From contig NC_043010.1 of assembly GCF_006345805.1 (NCBI RefSeq), positions 14,570,001 to 14,634,000 of the forward strand: a stretch of DNA of 64,000 nucleotides, read 5' to 3'. This document shows positions 25,546 to 39,770 of the stretch, piece by piece. This DNA is from Octopus sinensis (taxonomy: Eukaryota). The notes beneath the pieces were generated by a model, which had not been told where the DNA came from, made no database searches, and saw nothing but the letters and a program-made list of their open reading frames with translations. The translations under genes and the position numbers were made by a program. How positions within the stretch are numbered: the stretch's first letter is position 1; the number at the start of each line of letters is the position of its first letter.

Positions 25546-25957
25546 GGATCTTTTCGGTTTGAACGGCAGTTTTTAACATAATTTCTAGGTAACTAAAAAA
25601 TTTTAAACTTCTGGTAGAATGTGTTTATAAAACATCTTTTTCTCTTGGCTTTATTGAGAAAATTCTATGGTTTGTAAGATATTTGTTGTTTATTTTTCTT
25701 CAATTTCTGCAATTTCAACCAATCAATGACGCCCATTGAGGTTAAAAAAACATTCTGTGCCGTATGAATATGTCCCTCGTTTAAGAAACAGATTGGGTTT
25801 ATTTACATCTGTGAAGAAAAACAGATACCCTTCCCCCACCCTAACCCTAACCCTAAAACAGATTGAAATGCAATAGATCGATGCTAGGGTCATAATTATG
25901 GGTGACAATTTCATATGACACCGCTAGAAAAAACTGCCGTTCAAACCGAAAAGATCC
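25546..25957. mobile_element. MITE with 28-bp TIRs and 8-bp TSD (hAT- or P-type)
   Basis: TIR ggatcttttcggtttgaacggcagtttt / aaaactgccgttcaaaccgaaaagatcc; TSD gacattat at 25538-25545 and 25958-25965. Confidence 0.85.
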
Positions 25958-26039
25958 GACATTATTCGCATTATAGCCATTTTTAGGCAGAGTGAGCGAT
26001 AAACTAGTTTCTGTTTGCCAAATTACGATGGATTCACTG

Positions 26040-26690
26040 CAAGTGAGCGATGGCAATTACTGCCTCAGTTGACAGTTTTTAACCTTCTGACAATAACAGA
26101 CTTCATTTTTGAAGTTGATTGGGTTTTGTTGATTCCAGAAATGGCATTATTGCCGTTGTCACCACCATTAACCATATCTTCAGGATCTTCATGAGAAAGG
26201 AACGCGCGCGCGCACACACACACACACACAGACGTGTGGTAGCGAAGGATATCCACAGATATTCTACTGGCCTTTCACAGAAAAACACTCCAAAATAAGC
26301 AACGCAATCCTTTTTAAACAAATATTTAGTTCTTGCTAATCAATTACTGTTCCTCTCCGTTCCAAAGATGGATCTTCTTTAATGAGTGAAGAGCGATAGA
26401 ATACTTCATAGATCTTATTTAGAATCAATTCAAAGAGATGTGGACCTTGTAGAAAACCTTCAGAATCTTAGTATTATCAAATATGATGGAAATGTAGAGA
26501 TTGATCTGGTGATCCCATTAATTGTCAATGTGTGGAATGGTTCACCAATTTCACGAGATGGAAAATGCAATACATTTTTCAGTGGACAAGGGAACTGGCA
26601 CCAAACCCAAATGTGGTAAATTTCATGCTATTTCCTTCCTTGTAATTGTTGATATTTGGAAAGAAATTGTTGAATACAGTGCTCAGGTGC
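26040..26690 (-). mobile_element. Highly decayed HERO-like LINE fragment
   Basis: Weak, frameshifted similarity to the element at 34680-36310 (IKEDPSLER; KGQ*NICGYPSLPHV vs LPEKYKIWC). Confidence 0.3.
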
Positions 26691-26719
26691 ACCACAACTA
26701 AAAAAAGAAATAATAAAAA

Positions 26720-27540
26720 GCCATCAGGTGTACTGTTGACGGATTTCAGGAAGCAAGGAAGTTTTGATAGCTAACAACTGATGCAGGTAGGTTATTCCAT
26801 GCTTCAACAATTCTGAGCGTGAAAAAATGTTTTCGAAAGCCATGGATGCTGTTTTTTTGATTTTGTAAGCATGTCCGCGAATGTTTGTCATATGGAATTC
26901 AAAAAGGTGTCCAAGGTTGTTGGAAAGATGGTGGATAATCGTGAGTGTGTCAACCAAGTCAGTTGCCAGACGTCTGAGCTTCAATGTATCGATGCCCAGT
27001 GAAGTAAGACGTTCAGAGTATGGTAGATGTCTGACGGCAGGTATTAGTCTTGTTGCACGTTTCTGAACAGTTTCCTGGAGATTTATATGCTGAGCAAGAT
27101 AGGGGTTGCAGACAAGTGATGCAAATTCTAAGTGTGGGCCTACCATTGTGATATACAGTTTTAAACAGATAGCTGCTTTTCAGCTGACAAAGGTCTTACT
27201 GAGTGATGCTAGGACACCCTCAGCCTTCATGACAATCTTAGAGATGTGGCTTGTCCAACGCAGATCGCTCTTTACATTAATACCCAGATCAAGTTCACTA
27301 GAAGATTTCTTGAGATTGGTGTTGCTGAGGGAGTATGTAAAGGCTAGGTTTTTCCTCCCAAAGTCCATGGTGGCGCACTTGCCCATATCAGCTTGAGTTG
27401 CCAATCAAAGATCCAATGCTGCATTGTGTGCAGGTCTGATTGCAGGAAAGACCTATAGTGCATAGGATCTGCTGTTTTTATCTCGAGGTACAGCTTGATG
27501 TCATCTGCATATTTCAAGACTAACATTCCTCAAGTTGCCA
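26720..27540 (-). mobile_element. CR1-clade LINE 3' fragment
   Basis: KYADDIKLY, LQSDL, KCATMDFG, DLGINVKSDLRW, PHLEFAS, ETVQKRATRLIP, LPYSERL, LKLRRL, with frameshifts. Confidence 0.85.
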
Positions 27541-27787
27541 GAAAAACATATTGCAGAGTCTCAATGTAAGTTTAATCTGGTAGAAGTACCAGTGATATTT
27601 AACGTTAGATAGTTACAAGGACATAGAGCATATAGTAGCTCTTTACCAACTTTTCATTGGCCATAGGTGCAGGTTTCGGGTTCAGTCTCGCTGCGAGATG
27701 CCTTGAGAAAGTGTCTTTTGCTACAACCTTGGGCCGACCAAAGCCTTTTGAGTGGATTTGGTTGACGGAAACACCATATTCAGCACC

Positions 27788-28140
27788 ATATTCATAGCCA
27801 CTTTAACATGGCTGCCCGTTCGAGCGCATTCTGAACCCCTAGCTGGTTAACGATGCACAGCTGAATCCGATCGAATTGCGATTAGAGGAGCGAACCCCTA
27901 CCATCTCCTAGCGGCGGGACCAGTAGACCAGTCCTGGTTTCGGGATATTTCTGGACACCTCGTCTACCACGCAATATATATTTCAAACGAACACACAGTC
28001 GCTGATTTTGGAACAGACGAGGTCCCGTCGGTAGAAGATGGTAGGGGTTCGCCACCTTGCATCGTTAACCAGATAGAGATGTCCTCTTGGAGTTAGAAAA
28101 TCGCAGTAGAGTCCGCTCGAACGGACAAAAGTGGCTACGA

Positions 28141-28144
<4 letters not shown>
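27788..28144. mobile_element. Foldback/MITE-like element with segmented inverted repeats
   Basis: Nested inverted blocks atattc.tagccacttt, ccgttcgagcg, ctggttaacgatgca, gcgaacccctaccatct, acctcgtct, each with a reverse-complement partner in mirrored order. Confidence 0.75.
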
Positions 28145-28208
<64 letters not shown>

Positions 28209-28700
28209 GGAGAGAACTGCTCATGGAATCTGCATCATTGTACACCAACAGCAGAAGCGAGCGGTCGTCGAAACATTTAGATGCCTTAGTGGTTTATTCA
28301 AAGGTAATTATATGCAAATTAACTTTTATTTTGCTGTATTCGAGATCTATTCGTTTCCTTTATTTACAGGTTTTTATCACATCACTAATTAATTCCTAAT
28401 TAGTTGTAAAGCTCTGTAAATGAATACAGGCTACTATTAGACGAATTAAGATACTCCGTTGTAAGATTAATGTCTAATTATCGCAGGAATCGCTCCACTC
28501 TATTTTAACTTTCCATACGCAATATATTGCCTACAAGTACACTTTAGTGGTATTGCCATTACGTCAGTAAAACAGAATTTTTTGGTTTATACAACCGTGT
28601 TCGCTTTATTCCCATTGTAAATTCTGTTACGTTATATTCAATTTGAAACAGCACACGGTTGTTTATAGTAAGGTTTTGCATAAATCTAGTTCACATGCAT

Positions 28701-28741
28701 CACCAGCTGAAGAGCTGAGCAAGCGCCGAAACAGTCAGGTG
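28701..28741 (+). ncRNA. Degenerate hammerhead motif
   Basis: CUGAAGA 28707-28713, GAAAC 28728-28732, GUC at 28734-28736, partial stem I CACC/GGUG; stem II not well paired. Confidence 0.3.
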
Positions 28742-28879
28742 CACCAGAATTTTAACGTACTATTTTCATTATATATTCATCTTGTGTATTCATTTCACAG
28801 AGACTTTTGTCATAGCCTAAACTAATGTCTACCTCGTCGTAGAGTGTTCTCAGGGAATGAACACTTCGGCTGGGCGAAG

Positions 28880-29744
28880 TGTATGGCATTAAACACGCAA
28901 ACACATATCATACATATATACATATATATATATACATATACATATATACACACATATATATACACATATATATATACATATATATACATACATATACACA
29001 TATATACACACACACATATATACACACATATACACACACACATATATACACACACATATATACATATATTATATATACATATATATAATATATACACATA
29101 TATATATATACATATAATATATATACACACATATATATATATACACATATATATAATATTAATATATATATACACATATATATATATACATATATATATA
29201 CACATATATATACATATATATATAATATACATATATATATACAATATATATATATATGTATATAAATATATATACATGTGTGTATGTGTGTGTATTATGC
29301 ACGTTATATATAGTTTATATGTCATGTTTCATAAAAGGGTTATGTTATCTATATGGAATTTACATATGCCTATACACTCATCCATATATCTTTATACGCA
29401 CACACATACACACAGAGCTATAATATATACATATATATATACGCATGCATATGCATACACATATATATACACGCGCGCGCGCACACGTTAAAGTCCGCGC
29501 GAAAGCTTGAATGTATGCATTCAGGCATCAATATCTTTAAGATACACTTGTGTGTATATCATACCTATGTGTGTGTGTGTGCATTTACGTATGTATGTGT
29601 GTGTATGTATATATATATGTGTGTGTGTATGTGTGTATACATACATGTGTTTACGTATGTATAAGTTCGTGTAGGAACAGAGTTTGAGTGTGTGTGTGAG
29701 TGTGTGTGTGTGTGAGTGTAAGTGGTGTACATGAGTGTGTGTGC

Positions 29745-29783
<39 letters not shown>

Positions 29784-29890
29784 TGTGTGTGTGTGTGAGT
29801 GTAAGTGGTGTACATGAGTGTGTGTGCGTGAGTGTGTGTGTGTGCGTGAGTGTTTGTGTGTATGTGTGTGTGTGTGTGTGTGTGAGTGTG
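28880..29890. repeat. Compound (TA/CA/TG)n microsatellite field
   Basis: Directly visible; includes a duplicated block gagtgtaagtggtgtacatgag at ~29712 and ~29797. Confidence 0.9.
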
Positions 29891-30671
29891 ATTATTTCAT
29901 GCTTTCTGTCTTCGCTCGTGTTTATCCATTTATTTATCAATTTTAATTAATTTGTCTAAAAGTTAATTAAATATGAGTTTCTAATTAATTTCTAATTTTT
30001 CCATCTCCTCCAACTTTCGCACCTTCGCCCTCCCCACCCTCTCACTTTTGTTTCCCTTCTCGACTTCTGTTTTCTCTCTGTTCACTCAACACTGTTGTCT
30101 AATCAAATTATACATTCGCACACACACACACACACGGATGCACGCACGCATGCATATATGCACACATACAAATACATACATACACGCACATGCGTTTATA
30201 TTCATACATATGCACATATGCACACTCACATATTCATACGCATGGGCTGATATTTATTTTTATGTATGTACGTATGTATGTATATATGTGTATGTATGCG
30301 TGTATGTATACGTGTATGTGTGTGTGTGTGCGTGTGTCTGTGTGCGTGTGCGTGTGTGTGTGTGTGTGCATGTGTGTGTGTGTGTGTGTGTGTTTGTGAA
30401 CAGACCGACGCACCGATCGAGAGATACAGATTAGAAGATAGAGAAATAAACAGACTTTGGGAACAGTGAAAGACACGAGGCTGGTTGCGAACGTTGGTTC
30501 CAGTAGAGATGAGGCGAGACTTCGTAGTTACATCGAGTATGTTCTGTGTATCTGGCTTTGGAGTCAAGAAGGACAGCAGGGCATTGAGTACTAAAGTAGG
30601 GTGGGCTGGCAAAGAGACAGAGAGAGAGAGAGAGAGAATTGCTCAGCAGGGATATGGCAGTGACAGCTGAG

Positions 30672-31088
30672 AAGGCGCAAGCTGGCCGAAACGTTAGCAC
30701 GCCAGGCGAAATGTGTAGCCGTATTTCGTCTGCTGTTACGTTCTGAGTTCAAATTCCGCCGAGGTCGACTTTGCCTTTCATCCTTTTGGGGTCGATTAAA
30801 TAAGTACCAGTTACGCACTTGGGTCGATATAATCGACTTAATCCGTTTGTCTGTCTTTGCTTGTCCTCTCTGTGTTTATCCCCTTGTGGGTAGTAAAGAA
30901 ATACGTATTTCGTCTGCTGTTACGTTCTGAGTTCAAATTCCGCTGAGGTCGACTTTGCCTTTCATCCTTTCGGCGTCGATTAAATAAGTACCAGTTACGC
31001 ACTGGGGTCGACGTAATCGACTTGATCCGTTTGTCTGTCCTTGTTTGTCCTCTCTGTGTTTAGCCCCTTGTGGGTAATAAAGAAATAG
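30672..31088 (+). mobile_element. SINE family A dimer
   Basis: Head plus two core units joined at gaaatacg|tatttcgtc. Confidence 0.88.
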
Positions 31089-31097
31089 ATAAGAGGC

Positions 31098-31133
<36 letters not shown>

Positions 31134-31531
31134 TATATGCCATACACACAATCCCTTCGGAATTCTATGACTTCGTCTCTGACACAGTTACACTGTGTGT
31201 ATGTATATATTTTTTATTATTTTATTTTATCTAGTTTCAGCTCACGAGCTGTGGCCATGCTGGGGCACCGCCATATTGATATGTATGTCCTCAACAAAAT
31301 ATTTTGTAGTTTTTTTCCCAAATTTGTCACAAGGCCAGCATTTTCGAGGGGAGGCGGTTAGTCGATTACATGTATGGTAAGAAGTCTGCTTACCAATTAC
31401 AGGATTTCAGGTTCAGTCCCACTGCGTGGCACCTTGTCGTCTCCTATAGCGTTGGCGGACCAAATCCTTACGAGTGGATTTGGTAGACAGAAACTGAAAA
31501 AGTCGTGTGTATATATGTATATGTATGTATG

Positions 31532-31608
<77 letters not shown>

Positions 31609-32025
31609 TGTGTATATACATATATATACACACACACACACATATATATATATATACATATATATGCATATATAAACGCTTAAGTTTCTGTTTTTCAAGA
31701 TTCTTGATGTGAAATCGTGTCCTGAAACAAGATATTGTTATATTTGGGGGGGGGGGGGTGTATTTTCACCAATTAAACACACGCACTATAATGCATGTGT
31801 TTAATTGGCAAAATTTGATCACCCCCATGTATAACAGTATATATATATATATTACACGTATACATAATATCTCAAAATAAACTGGAGGTGTGTTTCTCCA
31901 CTGACGTCCACGACTCTTGCAAATTATAAATGTTTGTACATACATATATACATTACATACGTAAACAGTACATACACGCATTACATTACATACGTATATT
32001 ATGTTATATGCATACACTCGTTACG

Positions 32026-32093
<68 letters not shown>

Positions 32094-33808
32094 GTACATA
32101 GATACTTCTACGCACATCTACATACAACAGTACGCTTTCGCTATTCAAGAAGAAAATACGGTTAGTAAACACGTGATGAATAAAAGTTATAAGACTTAAT
32201 TCCAAACTTTCATTATTTTGATAGAAAATATTGATTGTGTGATAGCAGTGTGAACGAGATCACCCGTTTCATTGCAAAAAATATCCCCAAGGTATCTACT
32301 TTCGCATAAAACATGTTATTGTTGATGATACTATCCGCAAGGTTGAATGATCTGAAAGCCGTAGCCAGAATGTATCCCCATTTTTTAACAATAAGGAAAG
32401 CTGGCGGAACATTCCACAACAGAACTGATATAGTTCTATGACACAGCAGACAAAATCTTTCAATATTGCAGATGTCAGTTGTCCAATGGTTGTGAATGTC
32501 TCATCGAAGGTTATAGCATCTATCTACAGGATACATCTATAACTGTAGTTGCTCTGGGGCATTTGTAGAAACGGATTTACATAAAAGTCCGGAAACGCTG
32601 GGGTTTTTTTCCAAGAAAGAACAAAGCAAACTGACCCGCATCCACGAAATCCAATCGATTAAACAATCAGTGCTCTTGTAAAACATTGTAAATGATTCTC
32701 CATTATTAAATACACACAATAATGTGTATATACAGTTTTCATAAACGTATACATACGAAGAGTAATCACATACGCTCATGTACAAAACAGACGTTCACAC
32801 CTAATTAGATAAGTGAAAGTTTATCCACACACACACACACGAAATGGCCACAAGTTTCCTGATTAACAAAAGAAGCATTGAAGCCCTTGGCGTTCCAAGA
32901 TCCAACAGAAACTGTAGATTGTGCCATAAATCTGTGGTAAACATCACACTGCGATCAGTATTTACTTCAAAACGTCAAGATACGACTTCTCAATACGACA
33001 GGAAGTTATCGCTAATATACAGTGTTGTAAAAAAATCAGAATAAGACGGTCCTGAGTTAAATTAGGGAATACCCCTGGTATTGATTTTCTCTGATAGTTC
33101 CTCGTACCCTATGTTGTCTGGTATCCTTTGCATGTCTATTTATTTTCCAAAACTTAAAACCTTTTTTTTTCTATTTTTTCACCTCCTCCACCTGGTTTTC
33201 TGAAAGTAGCACACACACGTGCCACCCTATTGTGTTCGTTTATGCTTCTGTATGAACCATTCTTGCCGTCTTCCAACCTGTTACCTTCCAAATTAGTTGC
33301 TCATTGTCATTGTCCGTCAGAATACAAACGTAATTTACTCCACGGGGAGGGGGAGTTCTTTGTAATTGTTGTGAATGCATTTCTTTTTGGATTGTGTAGG
33401 AGGGAAATGGGTGCGTTCGGTGTCTGTAGGGAGGGGTAGGTCTCAGGGGGCATGGGTGGGGTGGGTAAGGTTTGGGGTTCCACATTACAATGTTCTTTTT
33501 TTCCCTCTTTCCCTTTTTCCTTCTGTAATTTTCCATTCTGTAATTTCCCATGGCTGTGTCCCTAACAAATTGCTTGTCTTGTTTAGCCACAGATGAACCT
33601 TGATTCAGTAGATTTATGAAAACCGTCATTAACTCAGCTACAGTCGTTTTCAGACTGAAATGTCACTTACGGAATATTTGACTGCTAAATCTAGCAGATC
33701 GATCAGCTGCATAAAGACAGATTCTTGGTCATATCATTAATAGTTATAGACTTGGCTATTATCTTTGTGACTGTCTCTCGCTTTTGTGTGCATTATATAC
33801 ATTTTATG

Positions 33809-33851
<43 letters not shown>

Positions 33852-34292
33852 CACACGCACACACACACACAGACATACACACGCACGCACAAACACACAC
33901 ACACACATGGATAAGTGTATGAATGTAAGTACATGTGTGTGTGTGTTGTGGTGCGTGCACATGTGTGGACGTGTATATACACATAGACACATACACCGGG
34001 AGGGCGGCTTTGCTATGAGTTACTTCATAGAGAAATTCAGACCATAAACTTCACAGCAGGTTATTACTGTTATACATATTAATATTACTGTTCTTATAAA
34101 TTAAATGTCTGCTACATTTATAAATCAAAGCAAATGGAAAACAGTGACAAAAATAAAAAAAATATTCTAGACATTTTTTACTTTCACTTTGTATTTTTTT
34201 GTCCTTCATTTGTCAGTAAAATACGCGAGATTGACTTCCAAGAACCATTTAATGTCAAGAAAATACCCAGGATCAGTAAATATCAATACAGA

Positions 34293-34328
<36 letters not shown>

Positions 34329-34679
34329 TACGTGCGATATATACCTAAGATTAAAGGGGATTTAGAAATCCGAGCGGTTTCCACAGTCAGCATTCCTGAG
34401 AACACTGGTTAATGAATACATAGAAAATGGTCAGTTAGAAATGGTCAAAACATTTCTATACAAACTGAAATTCTAGAGAGAACTTGTTAGTTGTGGAGTA
34501 TGATAGAGTCAGTTCAAGAATAGAATTGATGGTATTACATTTATTCATTAATTACGATCGTTTCAATACATACATTTGTGTATGTCTGTGTGTATTCCCT
34601 TTCAACAAACTTTAGAGACTTTGAAACAACTTGTTAGTGCAAGTGCAGCCAGTTTGCATACTGGGCATCATTAGGATTT

Positions 34680-36310
34680 AGAAGTCATCAGGAGAGAATA
34701 CTCACAGTTTCGGGACCCTTGGTGACTTTACTGCGCACCGGTCCCCTCACTGAAGCGAAACCCTACTTACTTGTTCGACTATCAGTATTCGATCTCAAAT
34801 CCTTTTCAAGATCATCACCTCTCTAGCCGGGATATTCCTGTTTAGCCATATCCAATGGTTGGATCTCAACTGTTGCCTGGATTCCTTTCAAAATGGCGTT
34901 TGCTTGCTGATGCTTGACACCAATCTATAGCAGCCACTGTTTCAGTTTGGTTCCAATAAAACCCTTCCATTCAATTACTACAGGAAGTGTATTGCACTCC
35001 AACCTGTATCTACACAGTCTACTAGTTCCGTCTGATAATGCTCATCTTTCTTAATCTGGGCTGCATCTGTACTATCTTCGTATTGGACAGTTAATTCAAC
35101 AAGGTGTATTATCTTACTTTCCTCACACTATCTTGTCATATCCGGCTTCTTCTTTGTTAGTGTTGGAAAGAGGCGTTCACATGCTTCAAAATCTGCTGCT
35201 GCCACCTCTCATATTCCATCTCAGTTATCCTCATTAACAAATTTCTCCTTTCGTTTTGGGTAACCATCTTGACATTGACAAACGTGATAAACTGTTTACT
35301 ACCATCCTTCTGCGGCTTCTTTCCACTATTGATAATTTCCGTCTGCTTCTTACCGACATTGTAGAGTATTTTAAGGACCTCATTGTATCTCCCTCCATGT
35401 ATACATTTCCAACGCCATCGAGCAGTTAGAATGCGCTTTAGCGTGCCAACTTTTCCTCATCTACACCTGTCGTCATTCGATAGTTTCCATTTCAGCAGTT
35501 GAGGGATGTGATGTTGGTAAATGACAATACATCATAGGTGGATCGAAGGGGGAAGGGGAACTGTGAGGTGTTCCACTTGCAAATATCATCCCGCCACACT
35601 TTATTCTCAATAACTTCTTCCCACTTGATTATCTGGACTTGCTGAGGGCACTGAATCGAATGCAGTTCTCTTTTCGGGTTGTGTTACACAGCCATGAACT
35701 GCGGCTCTGCACTCCCTCTGTGTCATCGATGAAAATGGTTTAAACGGAACCAATACCTTTCCAATTGCTTTGAATTGCACTCGGCTCCAATGATGCTGTT
35801 ATGTCATCAGTTTCTTTCTTTGTGCACTGTTTTCCTGCAGTTTTTACACCTGACGGATTGTCCTGTATTTCTACAGTTTCAGACAACCTCAGTACCATGA
35901 CTGTTTGCATCTTTCCAGCTTCGCAGATCTTAGCAATTGAGTTGATAGGCAGTTGACGAGACATTTTTCGATATGGCGCTGAACTGTTAATCGTTTGAGG
36001 TAAACCGAACCATTTGTGATGCAAATACTGCATTTTCACTTCATGGTCTCCACTGTCGATAATTCTACTTCGTATATTCTCAGGAGCCAAGCAAGATGGA
36101 GCTAGAGACCAAAATGCAAACACCAAATCTTGTATTTCTCTGGTAGTTTTTGACTTATCAATTGCTTTTCACCCATCCTCAGTTTGTGCCATGATCTCAA
36201 TGCCTCTTCTCTTATCAGACAAGATGGTGTAGCATCGTTCTAAACTTTTTACAGGTTTCGACTTAACCTTTGGTATGGTTTGTCCTGATATTTTGAAATT
36301 CATTTGCTTC
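34680..36310 (-). mobile_element. HERO-clade (REL endonuclease) non-LTR retrotransposon, decayed 3' half
   Basis: KLPEKYKIWCLHFGL, YEVELSTVE, KWFGLP, LRSTYDVL, a decayed CCHC region, then KPDM..IHLVELTVQYEDSTDAAQIKKDE (PD..ELTVPWE-type REL motif). Confidence 0.75.
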
Positions 36311-37318
36311 TGTCAACCTTAGACAAATGTCGAACTGCGTGAATTCTTTGCTTTAATACCCAATCGTAGAATAGTATGTGGTCGCTAGACATGTTAAAGA
36401 TAACAGTCAAATCTTTATATAATCGCATCCAAGGATTTAAAAAAAAGAACATATCGGATAATGTAGACGAAATGTTTACGGCTGGATTTCCTGTGATCCT
36501 GGTTCTATTTTTTTTTTACAACAGAGCTGACCTGGGGGCAAAACAACAACAGCAACAATCTTTGCCAATTTGAAATGAAACTAGAGAATGGACGAATCAT
36601 CAAAACGAAATATTTTAAAGTTTCCTTAAAGGATTCTTTAAAATTATTACAGTTTGTTGCGATTGAAAATTAAATGTTGATGATGTTGATGTCATCACAA
36701 ATAAAACCTTTTCAGATTCATTAACAACAGCATTTCACTACTGTTTTTTTCCCCTTTTTTTTCTTGACAAATGAAGGAAGGTTGCGATGGTGACATGCAA
36801 ATATCATTTATTTACTTCCGGTTGTTTTGTTTCAGATGTTAAATTATAATTATCGGATTGTACGAAGACAAATTTCAGAAAATATTTTCAATAACAACAT
36901 AAAAACCTCAAGGTTAATTTTCTGCAAAATGGAAAAAAATGAAGAATTGAAATGGAATAAAGAACGAATTGAAAGGTATCTCTTGATGGAGTAAACAAAT
37001 TAGAAAATAAAGATCCTAATGTTGATACTTTCAAAAAGATTAAATTAAATTTTAGTAACATCAATAATCTTGTGACTGCTTCTTACAAGTCAGCAACAAT
37101 GAGGAACACCATCGCTTGGACAACCTTCTCGACCTTAAACTTAGATTTTCTTTTTCGTTTCCTTCTCTCTTCCTCTTTCTCTTCATTTTAAAATTCATTA
37201 TTAAAATGCGGTTCATAATTTGTTACGCGGAATTCCGAAGCCCGGTTTTGAGTCTAACAATTTTGGGGGCGAGAGAGAGAGAAACCACTTACATGGAAAG
37301 ATCGGGAAAGTTTGGAAA

Positions 37319-37820
37319 ATCCGAGAGGGCCACTATGAACAGCAGTGGCCCCAAGACAGTGCCCCGTGTAACACCACTTGCTATTTGCGTTTCCTTGGAG
37401 GTGGCCCCATTGACCGCTACTGCCTTACGTCTATCCTTTAGAAAGTTGTGCAGTCATTCTCCAAATTTTCCGCATATGCCGAGATGGCGCAATTTGTGAC
37501 ACATCATACCATGGTCAACTTTATCAAAGACTTTTGCAAAGTCGAGATATATCACATCCACGCTTGAGTTATTCAGCAGCTGTTTTAACACCAAGACGCA
37601 GTGTTGCAGGAGCAGTGTCAGACAGCTTCTACCTGGACGAAATCCATGCTGGGTGTCAGTCAGCAAGTCATTTTCTTCAAGGAACGTGATTAGTTTCTTG
37701 CAGACTATTCGTTCCATGATTTTACTGATGCGTGAGGTCAGAAAGATAGGCCTATAATTTTTAGCATCTGCTCTGCTTTATCCCTTATGGATAGGGCATA
37801 TTATCCCTTCCTTCAGTTTG
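37319..37820 (-). mobile_element. CR1-like LINE RT segment (inverted 5' part)
   Basis: NYRPIFLTSRISKIMER, QHGFRPGRSCLT, VDVIYLDFAKVFDKVDH, GVTRGTVLGPLLFIVALSD. Confidence 0.88.
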
Positions 37821-37826
37821 TTATAT

Positions 37827-37890
<64 letters not shown>

Positions 37891-38798
37891 TACACTTTGT
37901 GCCGTATGAGTTTCCGCTCCAGCTGTTTCCATATTTGAAGAACGAATGTTCAAGATGAGAGACTTCTCTCTATTCCTTACCATTTATTCGCCGTTTCCAT
38001 TTTATGTCGGTTGATCAACAGTAGCAAGAGGTTACCAACTGCAGTGTAGGGTCAGCGGTGCATTGTAACCAGACACCCGAATCTCAAGTGGCTCAATCCC
38101 TCTAGATGTGAACAGCCCTGCTCTTAATGTTTCCTGAGTGGGAAAGTACTTTTGTTTCGGAGAAAAGAGTTGGAATCTGGACTGTTACTATCCTGGAGAA
38201 ACTGATCACAACATAAGTAAAGTTTTCCTTACGTCACAACATGCCGTCTGTGTTAAAGGGGAGGGGCATGCCAGCTCAACATCACACAAACTGTTGCAGG
38301 CTGGAAAGAGTAATTTGCAATAAGTACAATGCCCTATGCAGTGCTCTATTGTCTCTGAACAGATTAACCAGAGTTAAGTACCGGTTCTATGTATGAAACC
38401 TTGTTATTTGTTACAGTTGCTAACCTTTTATCCGAAATGTTTCAGATCGTGTTTCGACTTCCGGAATGATTGTATATTTACATCTATAAAATGAGACAGC
38501 TTCGGCTCGAGACGTTTGGAACGTTTGGGATCCTAGTCTAAACGTGTTGTCTATTTACATTTCATAATACAGCATCTCTATAATCGCTCAAAGTAATTTT
38601 ATATAACTTTGCTGCCGCTCGCTTAGTTTCGCACTACGTGTAAATATTTTGCTTTTCCTCTAAACAAACCCATTTAATCTACTTTCACTTTGTCAGCCAC
38701 GCAAAACAGCGACACGTCTCTCGCGTTTTTACACTTTCGTTTTATGCCAACCTACAATAACCCTCTTTTAATCCTAAACTACAACCCACCACCATTTT

Positions 38799-39770
38799 TT
38801 TGCGTCAGATAGCCACCCTTGCTAGCTATGGAGATGACACAAAGGTCTCTCAGACAATAAAAAACCCTGGAAATATTGCACATCTGCAACGGGAGTTGGA
38901 CGCAATATACAAGTGGACTGAGGACAACAACATGCAGTTTAATGCAGGAAAATTCCAGGCCCTACGCTACCAACATACAAAGCTAAAACGAATTGCAGAC
39001 AGGATACACTGGCCCAGGTTGAATTGAAATCCCTGAATCAGAACCAGTGCCTGACCTGGGCATTGACATGAGCAATGATGCATCTTTCCAAGTGTATTTT
39101 ACCAATTTGGCAATAAAATCTTCTGAACTTTCAAAACAAGAAAAAAGGAGACATCGATGATCCTTTGGAGGACATACGTTCTCAGCTGCTTAGACTATTG
39201 CTCCCAACTATGATCACCACACAATAAAAAATCCATGGTGGAATTCGAAGCAATCCAACGAAGCTACACTAAGAAAATCGTCTCGATACAACATATCAGC
39301 TACTGGGAAAGACTGGAAGAATTAAAACTCTTCTCCCTGAAACGAAGGCAGGAGAGATATGCAGTGATATACATCTGGAAAATCCTAGTAGGCCTTGTAC
39401 CAAACTTTGGCATTGAAAGCTACTCAAACTGCAGAACGGGGCGCCACTGCATAGTGCCAAAGATCCCAGCACCGCCATCAAAATACAGGACCAGATACTG
39501 CAACAGCTTGGGCTTCAAGGACCCACAGTTCTTTAATATCTTTCAAAAATGCCTGGGAGACCTGGATGGTGTGGATGTAAGTGTCTTTAAAACAAAACTG
39601 AATCGCTTCCTGTTACGGATTCCAGACGAGCCTACCTCACGGCAGGAAACACAGATGAGGGCAGTAGCATCAAACTCCCTCATTGACCAAATGCCACATA
39701 TTAGAGAAGGTTCCAAATAATAGTGTAGCTCAGTCAGTGGTGGTGCTCCAGCATGACCGTAGCTAAAAAA
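38799..39770 (+). mobile_element. CR1-like LINE 3' part
   Basis: SYGDDTK, LQRELD, MQFNAGKFQAL, EAIQRSYTKKI, YWERL..LKLFSL.RRQERY, IPDEP; ends ggtggtgctccagcatgaccgtagctaaaaaa. Confidence 0.88.

Noticed and set aside
28822-29664. Long low-complexity ORFs (YI, HT, CV, SL repeats) here and throughout the track
   Set aside because: They are translations of microsatellites that lack stop codons by composition.
32840-33045. ORF with CRLC motif
   Set aside because: Possibly a very old R4-type zinc-knuckle remnant; too degenerate to call.
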